Positions 38,729 to 48,722 of a stretch of 64,000 nt of DNA are shown piece by piece. The position numbers and the translations under genes are program-made. Within the stretch, counting starts at the first letter, position 1, and every line of letters starts with the position of its first letter. The stretch spans positions 1,248,001 to 1,312,000 of the forward strand of contig CAXXTH010000017.1 in the NCBI GenBank assembly GCA_963668025.2, in the 5' to 3' direction. Source of the stretch: Candidatus Hydrogenedentota bacterium (lineage in GTDB: Bacteria; Hydrogenedentota; Hydrogenedentia; Hydrogenedentales; SLHB01). The notes beneath the pieces are model-generated. The model had not been told where the DNA came from. It was given only the letters and a program-made list of their open reading frames with translations, and did not search any database.

Positions 38729-38875
38729 GCGCCGGACACCCCCCGGTGTCCGGCGCATCGCCTTTTCCCTCTCGTCTAGAGAGGATCCTTCCCACTCCCA
38801 GCCTGGTGTGCTTGTGTCTGCTGGTTTAGGAGAAATGAGGAGACCCTCCCTCCTCATTTCTCCTAACCAGAGCAC
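38729..38875. ncRNA. Candidate structured RNA (three hairpins)
   Basis: TGCGCCGGACACC/GGTGTCCGGCGCA; CCTCTC/GAGAGG; ~21-bp stem 38821-38870. Confidence 0.35.
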
Positions 38876-39048
38876 TCGTTGAGCGTCGTATGCGAGAGAT
38901 AATATCATTAATTACTCTTTACTCATTTCTATTATATATAAATTGCTACAAGATAGCCAGCAAAAAAAACGGTAGGAGAAAGCACTAAATTAGGTTGCGA
39001 TGAGGAACAGCCTTGGATTCATTATTGCCACGCTTTTATTTCCAGTGA

Positions 39049-40029
39049 TTAATCGTATATCTGCCCGTTCAACACCCGCGTGCAAGCCGTATGATGTCCG
39101 GGAGCCATCTCGCGTAATGCGATAGGTTGCGCCTTGCATTCAGGCTGTGCTTGTTCGCAGCGCGCGGCGAAAGGGCAGCCGGAGATGGGCTGAACCAGGT
39201 CCGGCGGAAGGCCGGGAATGGTATACAGCTCCTCGCCTTGCCCGCGCATCGAAGGCAGCGATGCCATGAGCGCTTTTGTGTAGGGATGGCGTGGATGCGT
39301 GAAGAGTTCGCTGGCCGAAGCGGCTTCCATGGCTTCGCCCGCGTACATGACCACGACGCGATTGCATGTGCCCGCCACGACGCCGAGGTCGTGGGTGATT
39401 AAAATGACGGCCATGCCGATTTCCTCTTGAAGCTGCTTGATCAGCGCCAATATCTGGGCTTGCACGGTCACATCCAGCGCCGTGGTCGGTTCGTCGGCGA
39501 TGAGGAGTTTCGGGCGGGTGATCAGGGCCATGGCGATCATGACGCGCTGTCGCATGCCGCCGGAGAATTGGTGGGGATATGAACCCAGGCGCTCCTCGGC
39601 ATCGTGAATGCCCACGCGCCGCAAGGCCTCGATAGCGCGTGCGCGTGCGTCCGCGCGTGAAGCGCCTTCGTGAACGCGCAACGGCTCCATGATTTGCGCG
39701 CCGATGGCCATGAAGGGATTCAGGGCCGTCATGGGATCTTGAAAAATCATCGAGATGGATTTGCCGCGTATGGCGCGCAGGCGCGCCGAGCCACATTGCA
39801 GCAGATCCACGCCATCGAAACGCGCCGTTCCCGATTCTATCCGCCCTGGAGGCATGGGGATAAGCCCCAGTATCGAGAGCATGGCGACGGATTTGCCCGA
39901 GCCCGATTCGCCAACAATGCCTAGCGTTTCGCCCGCATCGAGGGCATACGACAGCCCGTTCACGGCGCGCACGACGCCATTGCGCGTGTGGAAATACGTA
40001 CGCAGATTCTCGACTTCCAACAGTGGCAT
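39049..40029 (-). CDS. oppD: Oligopeptide ABC ATPase
   Basis: [45 protein letters not shown]. Confidence 0.92.
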   Translation of the reverse strand: MPLLEVENLRTYFHTRNGVVRAVNGLSYALDAGETLGIVGESGSGKSVAMLSILGLIPMPPGRIESGTARFDGVDLLQCGSARLRAIRGKSISMIFQDPMTALNPFMAIGAQIMEPLRVHEGASRADARARAIEALRRVGIHDAEERLGSYPHQFSGGMRQRVMIAMALITRPKLLIADEPTTALDVTVQAQILALIKQLQEEIGMAVILITHDLGVVAGTCNRVVVMYAGEAMEAASASELFTHPRHPYTKALMASLPSMRGQGEELYTIPGLPPDLVQPISGCPFAARCEQAQPECKAQPIALREMAPGHHTACTRVLNGQIYD

Positions 40030-40045
40030 ATAGCAGTTCCTACGT

Positions 40046-40073
40046 ATGACCGGCGAGGGCGCCGGCCCCACAC
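40046..40073 (-). repeat. GTGG-type REP palindrome
   Basis: Minus strand GTGTGGGGCCGGCGCCCTCGCCGGTCAT; near-identical plus-strand copy at 43702-43729. Confidence 0.75.
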
Positions 40074-40088
40074 TTTTATGTTTATCCA

Positions 40089-40161
40089 CACGCGAAGCGA
40101 ACTAAAGTTTCTAGGAAGGGGGCATGGGGGAAACCCTCTTTTCAAAGAGGGTTTCCCCCAT
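40089..40161 (+). repeat. GGGGAA-hairpin repeat element
   Basis: CACGCGAAGC..AAAGTTT..GG..GGGG then stem ATGGGGGAAACCCTCTTT/AAAGAGGGTTTCCCCCAT; homologous to the elements flanking the IS at 10622-12123. Confidence 0.75.
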
Positions 40162-40168
40162 CTTCCTC

Positions 40169-41062
40169 TTAATCCTTCGATGATTTCGGGTCGAGGGCGT
40201 CGCGCAGGCCGTCGCCTAGGAAATTCAACGAAAACAACGTTAGCGTCAGCGCCGCGCCGGGAAACATCAGCACCCACATGAACTCTTCCATCGAGCCCGT
40301 GCCTTCCTTGATCAACGTGCCCCAGGAGCTCATGGGGGCCTGCACGCCCAGGCCGAGATAACTGAGGAAAGCCTCGAGCAACATGACGCGCGGCACGGTG
40401 AGCGTGGCGTAGACGATGATCGGGCCGAGGGCGTTCGGGATGAGATGCCGGAATAGGATGCGCATGCGCGGCAGGCCGAGGGCTTCGGCGGCCTCGACGA
40501 ATTCTTTTTCCTTGAGCGACATAATCTGCCCGCGCACGATGCGGGCCATAGTGAGCCATTCGACGGCCCCGATAGCAGCGAAGACCAGGATGATTTTCCG
40601 GCCAAAATACGTGACTAAAATAATGGCGAATATGGTGAATGGCAGCGTGTAGAGAATATCGACGATGCGCATCATTAGATTATCGATGCGCCCGCCCGTG
40701 AAGCCCGCCATGGCCCCCCACGTGACGCCGATGCACAGTGATACGGCGGTCGCGGCGAAGCCAACCATAAGCGACACGCGGCCCCCGATGAGCACGCGGG
40801 TGAGGAGGTCGCGCCCGAGGTGGTCCGTGCCAAACCAATGCTGGGCGCTGGGCGCGATGAACTTGTCGTCCCGGTTTTGCTCGCTGTACGAATAGGGGCT
40901 AAACCACGGCCCCACGATGACGGCGATTGCCATAAAGGCCAGCACAAACAGGCCGATCATGGCGAGCCGGTTTTTGCGCAGGCGGTAATACGCGTCATGC
41001 CAGAGCGACGCGCCCTTTTCGGCCCGTGCGAAAGATTCCGTGATGGCGGTTTCGTTAGGCAT
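40169..41062 (-). CDS. oppC: Oligopeptide ABC permease
   Basis: HWFGTDHLGRDL, EFVEAAEALG, EAFLSYLGLG, SWG. Confidence 0.92.
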   Translation of the reverse strand: MPNETAITESFARAEKGASLWHDAYYRLRKNRLAMIGLFVLAFMAIAVIVGPWFSPYSYSEQNRDDKFIAPSAQHWFGTDHLGRDLLTRVLIGGRVSLMVGFAATAVSLCIGVTWGAMAGFTGGRIDNLMMRIVDILYTLPFTIFAIILVTYFGRKIILVFAAIGAVEWLTMARIVRGQIMSLKEKEFVEAAEALGLPRMRILFRHLIPNALGPIIVYATLTVPRVMLLEAFLSYLGLGVQAPMSSWGTLIKEGTGSMEEFMWVLMFPGAALTLTLFSLNFLGDGLRDALDPKSSKD

Positions 41063-41972
41063 TGCGCAGCCTCGGATCGAGCCAGGCCTGGACAATGTCC
41101 ACGGCTAAGTTGAACGTCATGATCAGTACGGCGAAAAAAAGCACCGTGCCGAGGATCATGCCGTAGTCGCGGTTGAGCGCCGATTCAATGAATTGCGTGC
41201 CCAGGCCCGGTATGCGAAAGATGTTCTCGACCACGAACGAGCCGGTCACGATGCCTGCCGACGCCGGGCCTAAGAAAGACACCACCGGCTGTAGCGCGCC
41301 GCGCAAGGCGTGGCGTATGACCACACGCGGCTCGCTCAATCCTTTGGCTCGGGCGGTGCGGATGTAATCCTGTGAAAGCACGTCCAGCAGGCTCGCGCGC
41401 GTCAAACGGGCGATATAGGCCGCGTAGATGGCTCCGAGGGTGATCGTGGGCAGGATTTTGCCGCTCGGCAGATCCCACAGCGCCACAGGCAGCCAGCCCA
41501 GCCAAATAGCGAATATTAAAGCCAGCACAGGACCCAGCACGAAATTGGGAATGCAGATGCCGCCCATGGCCAGCGACATGGACGTGTAATCCAGCCAGGT
41601 ATTGGGCCGCCATGCCGCTAAAATGCCCGCTGGCAGCCCGGCGCACAGCGCGAAAAGCATCGAATAGCATCCGAGTTCAAGGGACACGGGAAAGGTGATG
41701 CCGATCCATTCGGCGACGCTGCGGCTCGGATTCTTCAGCGAAGGCCCGAGGTCGCCCCGTACGAGGCCCCCCAAGTAACTCGTGTATTGCCGCCACAACG
41801 GCTGGTCGAGTTTGTAGTACGCCTGGATTTGGTGGAACGCTTCGTCACTGATGGCCCGCTCGCGCGACAAGGGGTCACCGGGGGCCAATCGCGCCAGAAA
41901 AAACGTCACGGTCACGATAACAAACAAGACCGGGAAAAACTCCATCAATCGCCGTGCGACAAACCGCCCCAT
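41055..41972 (-). CDS. oppB: Oligopeptide ABC permease
   Basis: LAPGDP, GDLGPS, QDYIRTARAKGL, NRDY, DPR. Confidence 0.92.
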   Translation of the reverse strand: MGRFVARRLMEFFPVLFVIVTVTFFLARLAPGDPLSRERAISDEAFHQIQAYYKLDQPLWRQYTSYLGGLVRGDLGPSLKNPSRSVAEWIGITFPVSLELGCYSMLFALCAGLPAGILAAWRPNTWLDYTSMSLAMGGICIPNFVLGPVLALIFAIWLGWLPVALWDLPSGKILPTITLGAIYAAYIARLTRASLLDVLSQDYIRTARAKGLSEPRVVIRHALRGALQPVVSFLGPASAGIVTGSFVVENIFRIPGLGTQFIESALNRDYGMILGTVLFFAVLIMTFNLAVDIVQAWLDPRLRNA

Positions 41973-41975
41973 CCG

Positions 41976-43622
41976 CTAACCCTCGGATGGCGCTGCCGCG
42001 CCGCCGCGTTCGAGCCAGAGCGACTTAAAATTGATATAGCCCAATAAGCTTGGCTTGAATCCCTTGACATCCGCCGCAATCAGCCTCGAGTTGGTATAGA
42101 AATACAATGGAATGAGGGGCGGCTGTTCGAGCAGCATTTGCTCGGCTTCCTGCATCACCGCGATTCGCGCCTGGGGATCAAGCGTATATACCGCTTTTTG
42201 GATGAGCGCATCATACTCTGGCGAGGTGAATCCCGTCCGGTTGTTGCCATTGCCCGTGGTGAAGCATTCGAGGAAATTCATGGCGTCCACGTAATCGCCA
42301 ATCCAGCCCGAGCGTGCAATGTTGTAATCGAGCTTCTGCATGCTGTCCAAGTAGACTTTCCACTCCTGATTTGAAAGGGTCACATTGACATTCAAGTGCT
42401 TCTTCCACATGGCCTGAATGGCTTCGGCAATCGGTTTGTGGGCCTCGCTCGTATTGTAAAGAATATCCACTTGCGGGAAATTCGCGCCATCTGGATAACC
42501 CGCCTCGGCGAGCAATTGCCGGGCCTTCTCCGGATTAAACGCCTGGGGATGTGCGCTGTTGTATCCCGCGACATTAGGCGGAACGTACGAATAGGCCGCC
42601 GCGCGGCCCTTGCGCACCACATTGCGCACCAGATCATCCCGGTCAATGGCCAATGCGAAAGCCAGGCGCACCCGCGCGTCATTAAAGGGTGGCTTCGTCA
42701 CATTCAAGCGGTAATAGTACGTCCCAAGGAAAAGATCATTGTGGAGCAATTCGGGATGCTCTTTCTGGTATACATCGAATTTCTCCGTCGGGATGTTCTC
42801 CGTCATATCGAGCAATCCCGTGCGGAACATCTGCTCTTCGGTCTGGTCATTGTCAATGGGACGGAATTTCACGCCGTCGAGCTTCACGTTCGCCGCGTTC
42901 CAATAATGCGGATTTTTCACCACCGTGATGTGGTCTTTGGGAGCCCACTCGGAGAGCATGAATGCGCCATTCCCCACATAATTGCCGGGGCGTGTCCACT
43001 TCGTGTTACGTTCCGTCATCGAGCCGAATTGCTCGATGGTGGCCTTATGCACGGGGAACCACGCATAATGGATTTGCATTTGTAAGAAATACGGTGCGGG
43101 ATAGGCCAGCGTAATCTCGATAGTGTAGTCATCTAGGGCTTTCGCGCCAACTTCCGCGAAATATTTGACGGTTCCTTTATTAAATTCCTTGGCGTTTTTC
43201 ATGGGATACAGCATCGAGGCATATTCGGCTCCCATGGCGGGTGTGAGAATGCGCTCCCATGCATACAGGAAATCGCCCGCCGTCACCGGCTCGCCGTTGG
43301 ACCACTTGGCATTATGGCGCAAATAGAAAACATAGACGATGCCGTCGCCGGAAATATCCCAAGATTCCGCTCCGGCAGGCTTGGGTTCGAGGGTCTCCGG
43401 GTCCATGTCCACCAAGCCTTCGAGCAGCGTGCCGATAATGCGGTGCTCGGGAACGCCCGTGACCACATGGGGATCGAGGTCCTGGGGCTCCGCGCCATTT
43501 CCCACGAACAGCACGTTGCCCTTCGCTCCGCTGGAGCCACATCCGCTGAACAGGCCAGCAATACTCAACAAAACCAGGCAAATCCCTGCATAATAAGTTA
43601 ATCGGCGCATGAGCCTCTCCAT
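41976..43622 (-). CDS. oppA: Oligopeptide-binding lipoprotein
   Basis: Lipobox FSGC, EPQDLDP, AKWSNGEPVTAGDF, RSGWIGDY. Confidence 0.92.
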   Translation of the reverse strand: MERLMRRLTYYAGICLVLLSIAGLFSGCGSSGAKGNVLFVGNGAEPQDLDPHVVTGVPEHRIIGTLLEGLVDMDPETLEPKPAGAESWDISGDGIVYVFYLRHNAKWSNGEPVTAGDFLYAWERILTPAMGAEYASMLYPMKNAKEFNKGTVKYFAEVGAKALDDYTIEITLAYPAPYFLQMQIHYAWFPVHKATIEQFGSMTERNTKWTRPGNYVGNGAFMLSEWAPKDHITVVKNPHYWNAANVKLDGVKFRPIDNDQTEEQMFRTGLLDMTENIPTEKFDVYQKEHPELLHNDLFLGTYYYRLNVTKPPFNDARVRLAFALAIDRDDLVRNVVRKGRAAAYSYVPPNVAGYNSAHPQAFNPEKARQLLAEAGYPDGANFPQVDILYNTSEAHKPIAEAIQAMWKKHLNVNVTLSNQEWKVYLDSMQKLDYNIARSGWIGDYVDAMNFLECFTTGNGNNRTGFTSPEYDALIQKAVYTLDPQARIAVMQEAEQMLLEQPPLIPLYFYTNSRLIAADVKGFKPSLLGYINFKSLWLERGGAAAPSEG

Positions 43623-43662
43623 TCAGTTTCCCCCAACTAGGAATTAATTATACAGAAGGGCG

Positions 43663-43700
43663 GGGTTTAGGGTCTAGGGTTCAGGGTTTAGGGTTTTGGG
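43663..43700 (+). repeat. Heptamer tandem repeat (GGGTTTA-like x5), G-quadruplex-capable
   Basis: GGGTTTA GGGTCTA GGGTTCA GGGTTTA GGGTTTT GGG. Confidence 0.85.
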
Positions 43701-43701
43701 T

Positions 43702-43729
43702 GTGTGGGACCGGCGCCCTCGCCGGTCAT
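43702..43729 (+). repeat. GTGG-type REP palindrome
   Basis: GTGTGG GACCGGCG CCCT CGCCGGTC AT. Confidence 0.75.
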
Positions 43730-43870
43730 TCTTCACCACTTGGCTAAAGTGTTACAAAAATCAGATGCTTCTTCCGTCGGCTAAAGCATTACCTCTATTT
43801 AATGCGATTGCCCTGTATGTGGCGTCCATATGGGTTTGTCCAAAAAGCATTCCGTGATATAATACCCCGC

Positions 43871-44257
43871 ATGATGATAAAGCGAGCCATAGGAGGCCTC
43901 GTGGCGGGCCTAATGTTTATCGCATTATGGGCAAGTGTTTGCTTGCTGATGGCATGGCTCTCCACCGCCTCCACATGGTACCCTGATTCTCGCATCCTCC
44001 ACTTCATACATTTCCCTGTGCACGTCATATGGATGGTCTTGTCCGATTTTCCATTGCTGTCTACGGCCATGGCAGTGCCTGCGATCTGGCTAGCATGTCT
44101 AGCCATGCATTCCAATGAAGACCGAGCGAGAATGACCTTCGGGCAGTGGGTGTTTCTAGCGCTCGTCGCCATTGTCTTTGTGTTCGCGGCATTTTGGGCT
44201 GGCCAAGGCTTGTTGACGGCAATGGATGCCTTGATGACACACGGCGGATCTACGTAG
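43871..44257 (+). CDS. Hypothetical membrane protein (3-4 TM)
   Basis: Hydrophobic ORF; start uncertain. Confidence 0.5.
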   Translation: MMIKRAIGGLVAGLMFIALWASVCLLMAWLSTASTWYPDSRILHFIHFPVHVIWMVLSDFPLLSTAMAVPAIWLACLAMHSNEDRARMTFGQWVFLALVAIVFVFAAFWAGQGLLTAMDALMTHGGST

Positions 44258-44341
44258 ACGCCGGGCTACCAGAATTTGTCCCTTAGCGCCTGTCTATCCA
44301 GGTATGTGCTGCTTCTCTGGATGGCGTACCGCGTAGGGATA

Positions 44342-46163
44342 GAGGCATTTGCGAAATAAAGAAAATCCGTATTGACAAGGGTTTACAAAGCGGCGGAATT
44401 GGCGCCTACCCCGGAGAATGCGGGGAAAGGGGCTTGGCGGGGGCATGAATAAGGATTTTTTGTGAAAAATCACCCCAAATGCCCTCGGCGAGCGGGAAAA
44501 GGCGTAACGTCTCCCGTGTGTGATTGTAGTATAGTTGACCACATAACCACGCACACACCAAGGAGACGTTTGCGATGGCCATTATACACCAAATGGGGTT
44601 GTTCTCGTGGAACCAGGTCGACGCGGCGTCGGATCTGGATCGGCTGAACCTGTTGCTGGCGGCGCTGCCGGATGAAGATTTGATGCGGGCGATGGAAGCC
44701 GAACGCAAGGGGCGGCGCGACGATTATCCTATCCGCGCGATGTGGAACAGCATACTGGCGGGGATCGTCTTCCAGCACGACGGCGTCGAAAGCCTGCGCC
44801 GCGAACTAGCCCGAAACGGGCAATTGCGCCAGTTGTGCGGATTCGACGTGTTGCGGGGCGCCAAGGCGGTCCCGCCCGAATGGGTGTACACGCGGTTCTT
44901 CGCCAGATTACTGCGCCACTGGAAAGAAGTGGACCGGATGTTCGACGCGCTCATCGTCCGGCTGATGGAACGCTTGCCGGATCTCGGGGTGCGTCTGGCC
45001 GTAGACTCGAAAGCCATCCAAACCCACGCCAAGCCTCCGCGCAAAGACGCGGTCCTGGAAAACGAAGAGCCGGACGGGCGGCGCGACCGCGACGCAGACT
45101 GGGGCACGAAAACCTACAAGGGCGTTCACAAGGACGGCACGCCCTGGGAGAAGGTCAAACGGTGGTTCGGCTACAAGCTGCACCTCATCGTGGACACGAA
45201 ATATGAATTGCCGCTGGGCTACGCGGTCACGAAAGCCAGCGCCAACGACTCGCCCTTTCTGCTGCCCCTCGTGGCGGCTCTCGACGCGCGCCACCCCGAA
45301 CTCGTCCAACGCGCCGAGTACCTCAGCGCCGACAAGGGCTATGATTCCGAAGCCAACAACAAGGGCCTCTTCGAGGAACATGAAATCCGGCCCATCGTGG
45401 ACATCCGGGCGACCTGGAAAGAAGAACCGGAACGGCCCCGCCCTTTATATCCCGAACGGGTAGACACGATCTTCCATACCGAACGAGGTGAAGTCCTCTG
45501 CCGGTGTCGTAACGGCGCCCCAAACGAACGCGACAACTATGATTCCATGGCCTACCAAGGATTCGAGCAAGATCGGGGAACCTTGAAATACCGTTGCCCA
45601 GCCAAGGCACGCGGGAGCGCCTGTACCCAGCAAGACCTCTGCAACCAAGGATGCCAGCCCGAACACGGACGGATTGTCCGCGTGCCCATCGCTATCGACC
45701 GGCGCATCTTTACCCCCCTGCCCCGCAGCGCCAAATCCTGGCGCCGCGAATACAAACACCGCACCGCCATCGAGCGAGTCAACAGCCGACTCGACGGCGC
45801 ATACGGATTCGAGCGCCACTACATCCGCGGTATGAAAAAGATGCGCGCCCGCACCGGATTAGCCCTCCTCGTCATGCTCGGCATGGCCCTGGGATGGCTC
45901 GAAGCCGGCCAGGCAGAACGCATGCGCTCGCTCCTCGGACAGCCCCGCGCCGCATAGATCACATCGAATCCGCACAAGCAATGATGGCCCGAATCAAGGG
46001 CAAACCATGCCCATTCGGGCCGCAAGGGTCCTACACGCGAACCTCCTGCATGATTTATTGCACCCGTAGCGGAGGCGTAATCCCATTGCCACAGGCGAAA
46101 ACCGCTCCGCGTGTGCCCGCACCGTCCGCGCGTTCGCAAACCACGCTATTTCGCAAATGCCTC
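44342..46163 (+). mobile_element. IS5/IS1182-like insertion sequence, 1822 bp
   Basis: Perfect 17-bp TIR GAGGCATTTGCGAAATA (44342-44358 / 46147-46163); 5-bp TSD GGATA (44337-44341 / 46164-46168). Confidence 0.93.
44575..45957 (+). CDS. DDE transposase (DUF772-like N-terminus)
   Basis: LAVDSK, DADWG, WFGYKLHL, ADKGYDS, YKHRTAIERVNSRL. Confidence 0.92.
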   Translation: MAIIHQMGLFSWNQVDAASDLDRLNLLLAALPDEDLMRAMEAERKGRRDDYPIRAMWNSILAGIVFQHDGVESLRRELARNGQLRQLCGFDVLRGAKAVPPEWVYTRFFARLLRHWKEVDRMFDALIVRLMERLPDLGVRLAVDSKAIQTHAKPPRKDAVLENEEPDGRRDRDADWGTKTYKGVHKDGTPWEKVKRWFGYKLHLIVDTKYELPLGYAVTKASANDSPFLLPLVAALDARHPELVQRAEYLSADKGYDSEANNKGLFEEHEIRPIVDIRATWKEEPERPRPLYPERVDTIFHTERGEVLCRCRNGAPNERDNYDSMAYQGFEQDRGTLKYRCPAKARGSACTQQDLCNQGCQPEHGRIVRVPIAIDRRIFTPLPRSAKSWRREYKHRTAIERVNSRLDGAYGFERHYIRGMKKMRARTGLALLVMLGMALGWLEAGQAERMRSLLGQPRAA

Positions 46164-46201
46164 GGATACAACCGGCGTTGCAATCACGGAGTGAACCTGA
46201 C

Positions 46202-46879
46202 ATGAAGACCAATGAAAACCAGCCACAAACCGTCCGCTTGCGTTCCTGTATGCAGCGCCTACTGGCAATGTGTCTGCTTTTCCTGTTGTGCCTGGTCCCG
46301 GTAGCTCTGTTCGAATTGTCAACAGACATCCTGTACTTCCCAATGCCACACCAATCAGAGGCCATGGCCATCCTCATCGAGACAATCGGATTCCTTGGTT
46401 TTGTAAGCATAATACCGTTGGAATTCATGATACTGCTCATACCGGTCTTCCTCGCGGCTTTGAGTGTTCTCTGGCTCATGCGCCTCAGTGGGCTGGCGCA
46501 TCCGCGCGCGCTGCGCGTTTGCTGGATTGGCCTGTTCCTCTGTCTTTTGACTCCTGCCACGGAATACTCCTGTGGGCACGCCATAGGTCCCGCGGTGAAA
46601 GAACATGCGTGCTACTGGCTGGCAGACTACCAGCGCCCCCTCATCGACGCGTTGGAAGCCTATCGTACGGAACATGGCTCATACCCAGAAACGCTCGATG
46701 CGTTGACGCCCCAGTATCTGAACCGCCCGCCCATGGCCGGTCTGGCGGGCTTCACGGAGTTCGAGTATTCCTCTTCCGGGGCCGATTTCGACTTGGAGAT
46801 ACCGTGTGGGTCTCCATTGAATATGGACGATTCCAGCTATTTTGGCTATAACCGTGACGGCTTCTGGGAACTACGATGA
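46202..46879 (+). CDS. Hypothetical membrane protein with a GspG/pilin-like C-terminal motif
   Basis: Several TM segments, then LIDALEAYRTEHGSYPETLDALTPQYL. Confidence 0.6.
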   Translation: MKTNENQPQTVRLRSCMQRLLAMCLLFLLCLVPVALFELSTDILYFPMPHQSEAMAILIETIGFLGFVSIIPLEFMILLIPVFLAALSVLWLMRLSGLAHPRALRVCWIGLFLCLLTPATEYSCGHAIGPAVKEHACYWLADYQRPLIDALEAYRTEHGSYPETLDALTPQYLNRPPMAGLAGFTEFEYSSSGADFDLEIPCGSPLNMDDSSYFGYNRDGFWELR

Positions 46880-46910
46880 GTGAATTTCGTGACGAGCCGC
46901 TGCCCTCCAA

Positions 46911-47237
46911 ACCGCGAATGAACGCAAATGGACGCAAATAATCTGACGCGTTTATCTATTTCCACGGATGACGTCGATGACACGGATATTGGAGCGGTTC
47001 AACACCGCATGCACTTGCGCTTCAACGAGCGCAATGCATCGCATTCCACGCCGCTCATCTGTTTCCATTCATATCCCATTCAACGCCTTCTTTGCATGCT
47101 CCTATGAATCGCTCTGGCAGACCGGGCACATCCCGTCCCGCTTCTTAACCACGAATGGACACCAATGAACACCAATACGGAAGCGCTTGCATGTAAGCGC
47201 GCCAGATTATTCGCGTTCATTTGCGTGCATTCGCGGT
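46911..47237. repeat. MITE-like element with 44-bp imperfect terminal inverted repeats
   Basis: 46911-46954 vs 47194-47237 match at 39 of 44 positions by hand alignment; 9-nt periodic CGCGAATGA units; extra arm at ~47148-47176. Confidence 0.75.
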
Positions 47238-47352
47238 AAAAAAAAGGCACATGGGTTTGGTCGCAGCTACGCGTTCTCCGACCCGGATTTGACCCTTCGC
47301 TGCCGCCAGGGGTACTTTCGTACAGGTGGGATTCAACACGAGAGGACGAGGC

Positions 47353-48693
47353 ATGAACGATGGAGCGGGAGCATCTGCGCGCGGGGGATGGCGCAACCGC
47401 GCCGTGATGCTCGTGCGCGCCGTTCATCTTCCAGGATTCGGCCCGGTGTTTGGATTCAAACTGCTCTCCGCAGTGGCGGCCTTTGCGGCCATGGCGCTGG
47501 CGGGGCGCGTCCTCGGGCGTGCGGGGCTGGGCGACCTGACGATGCTGCGCACCGTCATGCTGCTGCTGGCGGGCCTTGTGGGGCCAGCGCTAGACATGGC
47601 CTTGGTGCGGTTCGCCGCCCACGAGATGGCCAGCGGAAACGGCCAAGGCGCACGATATTTCACCCTGATGTTTTGGTTAAAAGCCGCTCTTTCCGTGTTA
47701 TTTCTCCTGGCGGGCCTAGGGCTGGCCGGGCCTATTTACGAGCGTTTTTTCGAGGCGGACTCCACGGTGCGGCCTGGGGCGGTTTACTGGGCCTTTGCGG
47801 GAGCCGTGGGCATCCTTTTTCTCGAGTATGAACGCGCCTATTTCCAGGCGGGCCAGCGGTTCTACGCGTTTGGACTCCTCGATTTCTTGCATGCCGCGCT
47901 ACGTTTGGGAGCTACGCTGGCGCTGGTATTGGCAGGCTTATCGGCTGCATCCCTTCTATTTGGCGTTTATGCCTTGGCGCCCGTATTGCTGGCCTTGGCG
48001 GCATGGTTTTGGATGCCCAAAGGCCTGCTTGCGCCGGTGCGTGAGGCGCGCGACGCCGCCCCGGAGGTCTTCCGTTATACGGGATGGGTGCTCATGGCGT
48101 GTATATGCACGAGCGGAGTGAATAGCATCGACATGATGCTCATCGGCTGGTTCAATGTGGATGAATTAGCCCGGGGCGACTTCAGCGCCGCGCGTTCATT
48201 GATGCAAGTGGGCGATTTGGCCATATTGGCCCTATTCAACGTCTTGCTGCCCAGCGCCAGCGGTTTGCGCACCGCTGGTGAGGCCCGCGCGTTTCTCCGG
48301 AGGCAGATGCTGCCCGCCATCGTGTTGGCGCTGCTCATGATACCGGGCCTGTTGCTGGCTGGCCCAGCCGTGCGGATCACGTTCGGCAAGGATTTCGCGC
48401 ATGGCGGGCCCCTATTCGCGATTCTGCTGTTGGGCATTATCTTTAACCTCGCCAGCGCCCCCGCGGGCACGGCCTTATACGGCATGGGGCGTTCCCGGAC
48501 CGTGGCGCTGCTCGAGGGGCTGAAACTACTATTCACGCTGGCGATTGGGTGGTGGGCCGTGCCACAGTATGGCGTGCTCGGTATGGCGTGGACCGTGGCG
48601 GGCGTTAAGGGTACAATAGGCGTGCTGACATATGGGGCCGCGCACTGGACCGCACAGCGCGCGGATGGCCATCGGGGTGAAGCAGGCGAATAG
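47353..48693 (+). CDS. Wzx-like polysaccharide flippase
   Basis: About 12 TM helices, LDMALVRF, IDMMLIG, QYGVLGMAW; start uncertain. Confidence 0.75.
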   Translation: MNDGAGASARGGWRNRAVMLVRAVHLPGFGPVFGFKLLSAVAAFAAMALAGRVLGRAGLGDLTMLRTVMLLLAGLVGPALDMALVRFAAHEMASGNGQGARYFTLMFWLKAALSVLFLLAGLGLAGPIYERFFEADSTVRPGAVYWAFAGAVGILFLEYERAYFQAGQRFYAFGLLDFLHAALRLGATLALVLAGLSAASLLFGVYALAPVLLALAAWFWMPKGLLAPVREARDAAPEVFRYTGWVLMACICTSGVNSIDMMLIGWFNVDELARGDFSAARSLMQVGDLAILALFNVLLPSASGLRTAGEARAFLRRQMLPAIVLALLMIPGLLLAGPAVRITFGKDFAHGGPLFAILLLGIIFNLASAPAGTALYGMGRSRTVALLEGLKLLFTLAIGWWAVPQYGVLGMAWTVAGVKGTIGVLTYGAAHWTAQRADGHRGEAGE

Positions 48694-48722
48694 GCCGCAG
48701 GGGATAAGGAGCACCGGGAACC

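Noticed and set aside
38699-38908. 69-aa minus-strand ORF upstream of rrf2
   Set aside because: No recognisable motif and it runs through strong hairpins; treated as an RNA-structure candidate instead
39049-43622. Missing oppF as a novelty
   Set aside because: Peptide ABC operons with a single or unlinked ATPase are common
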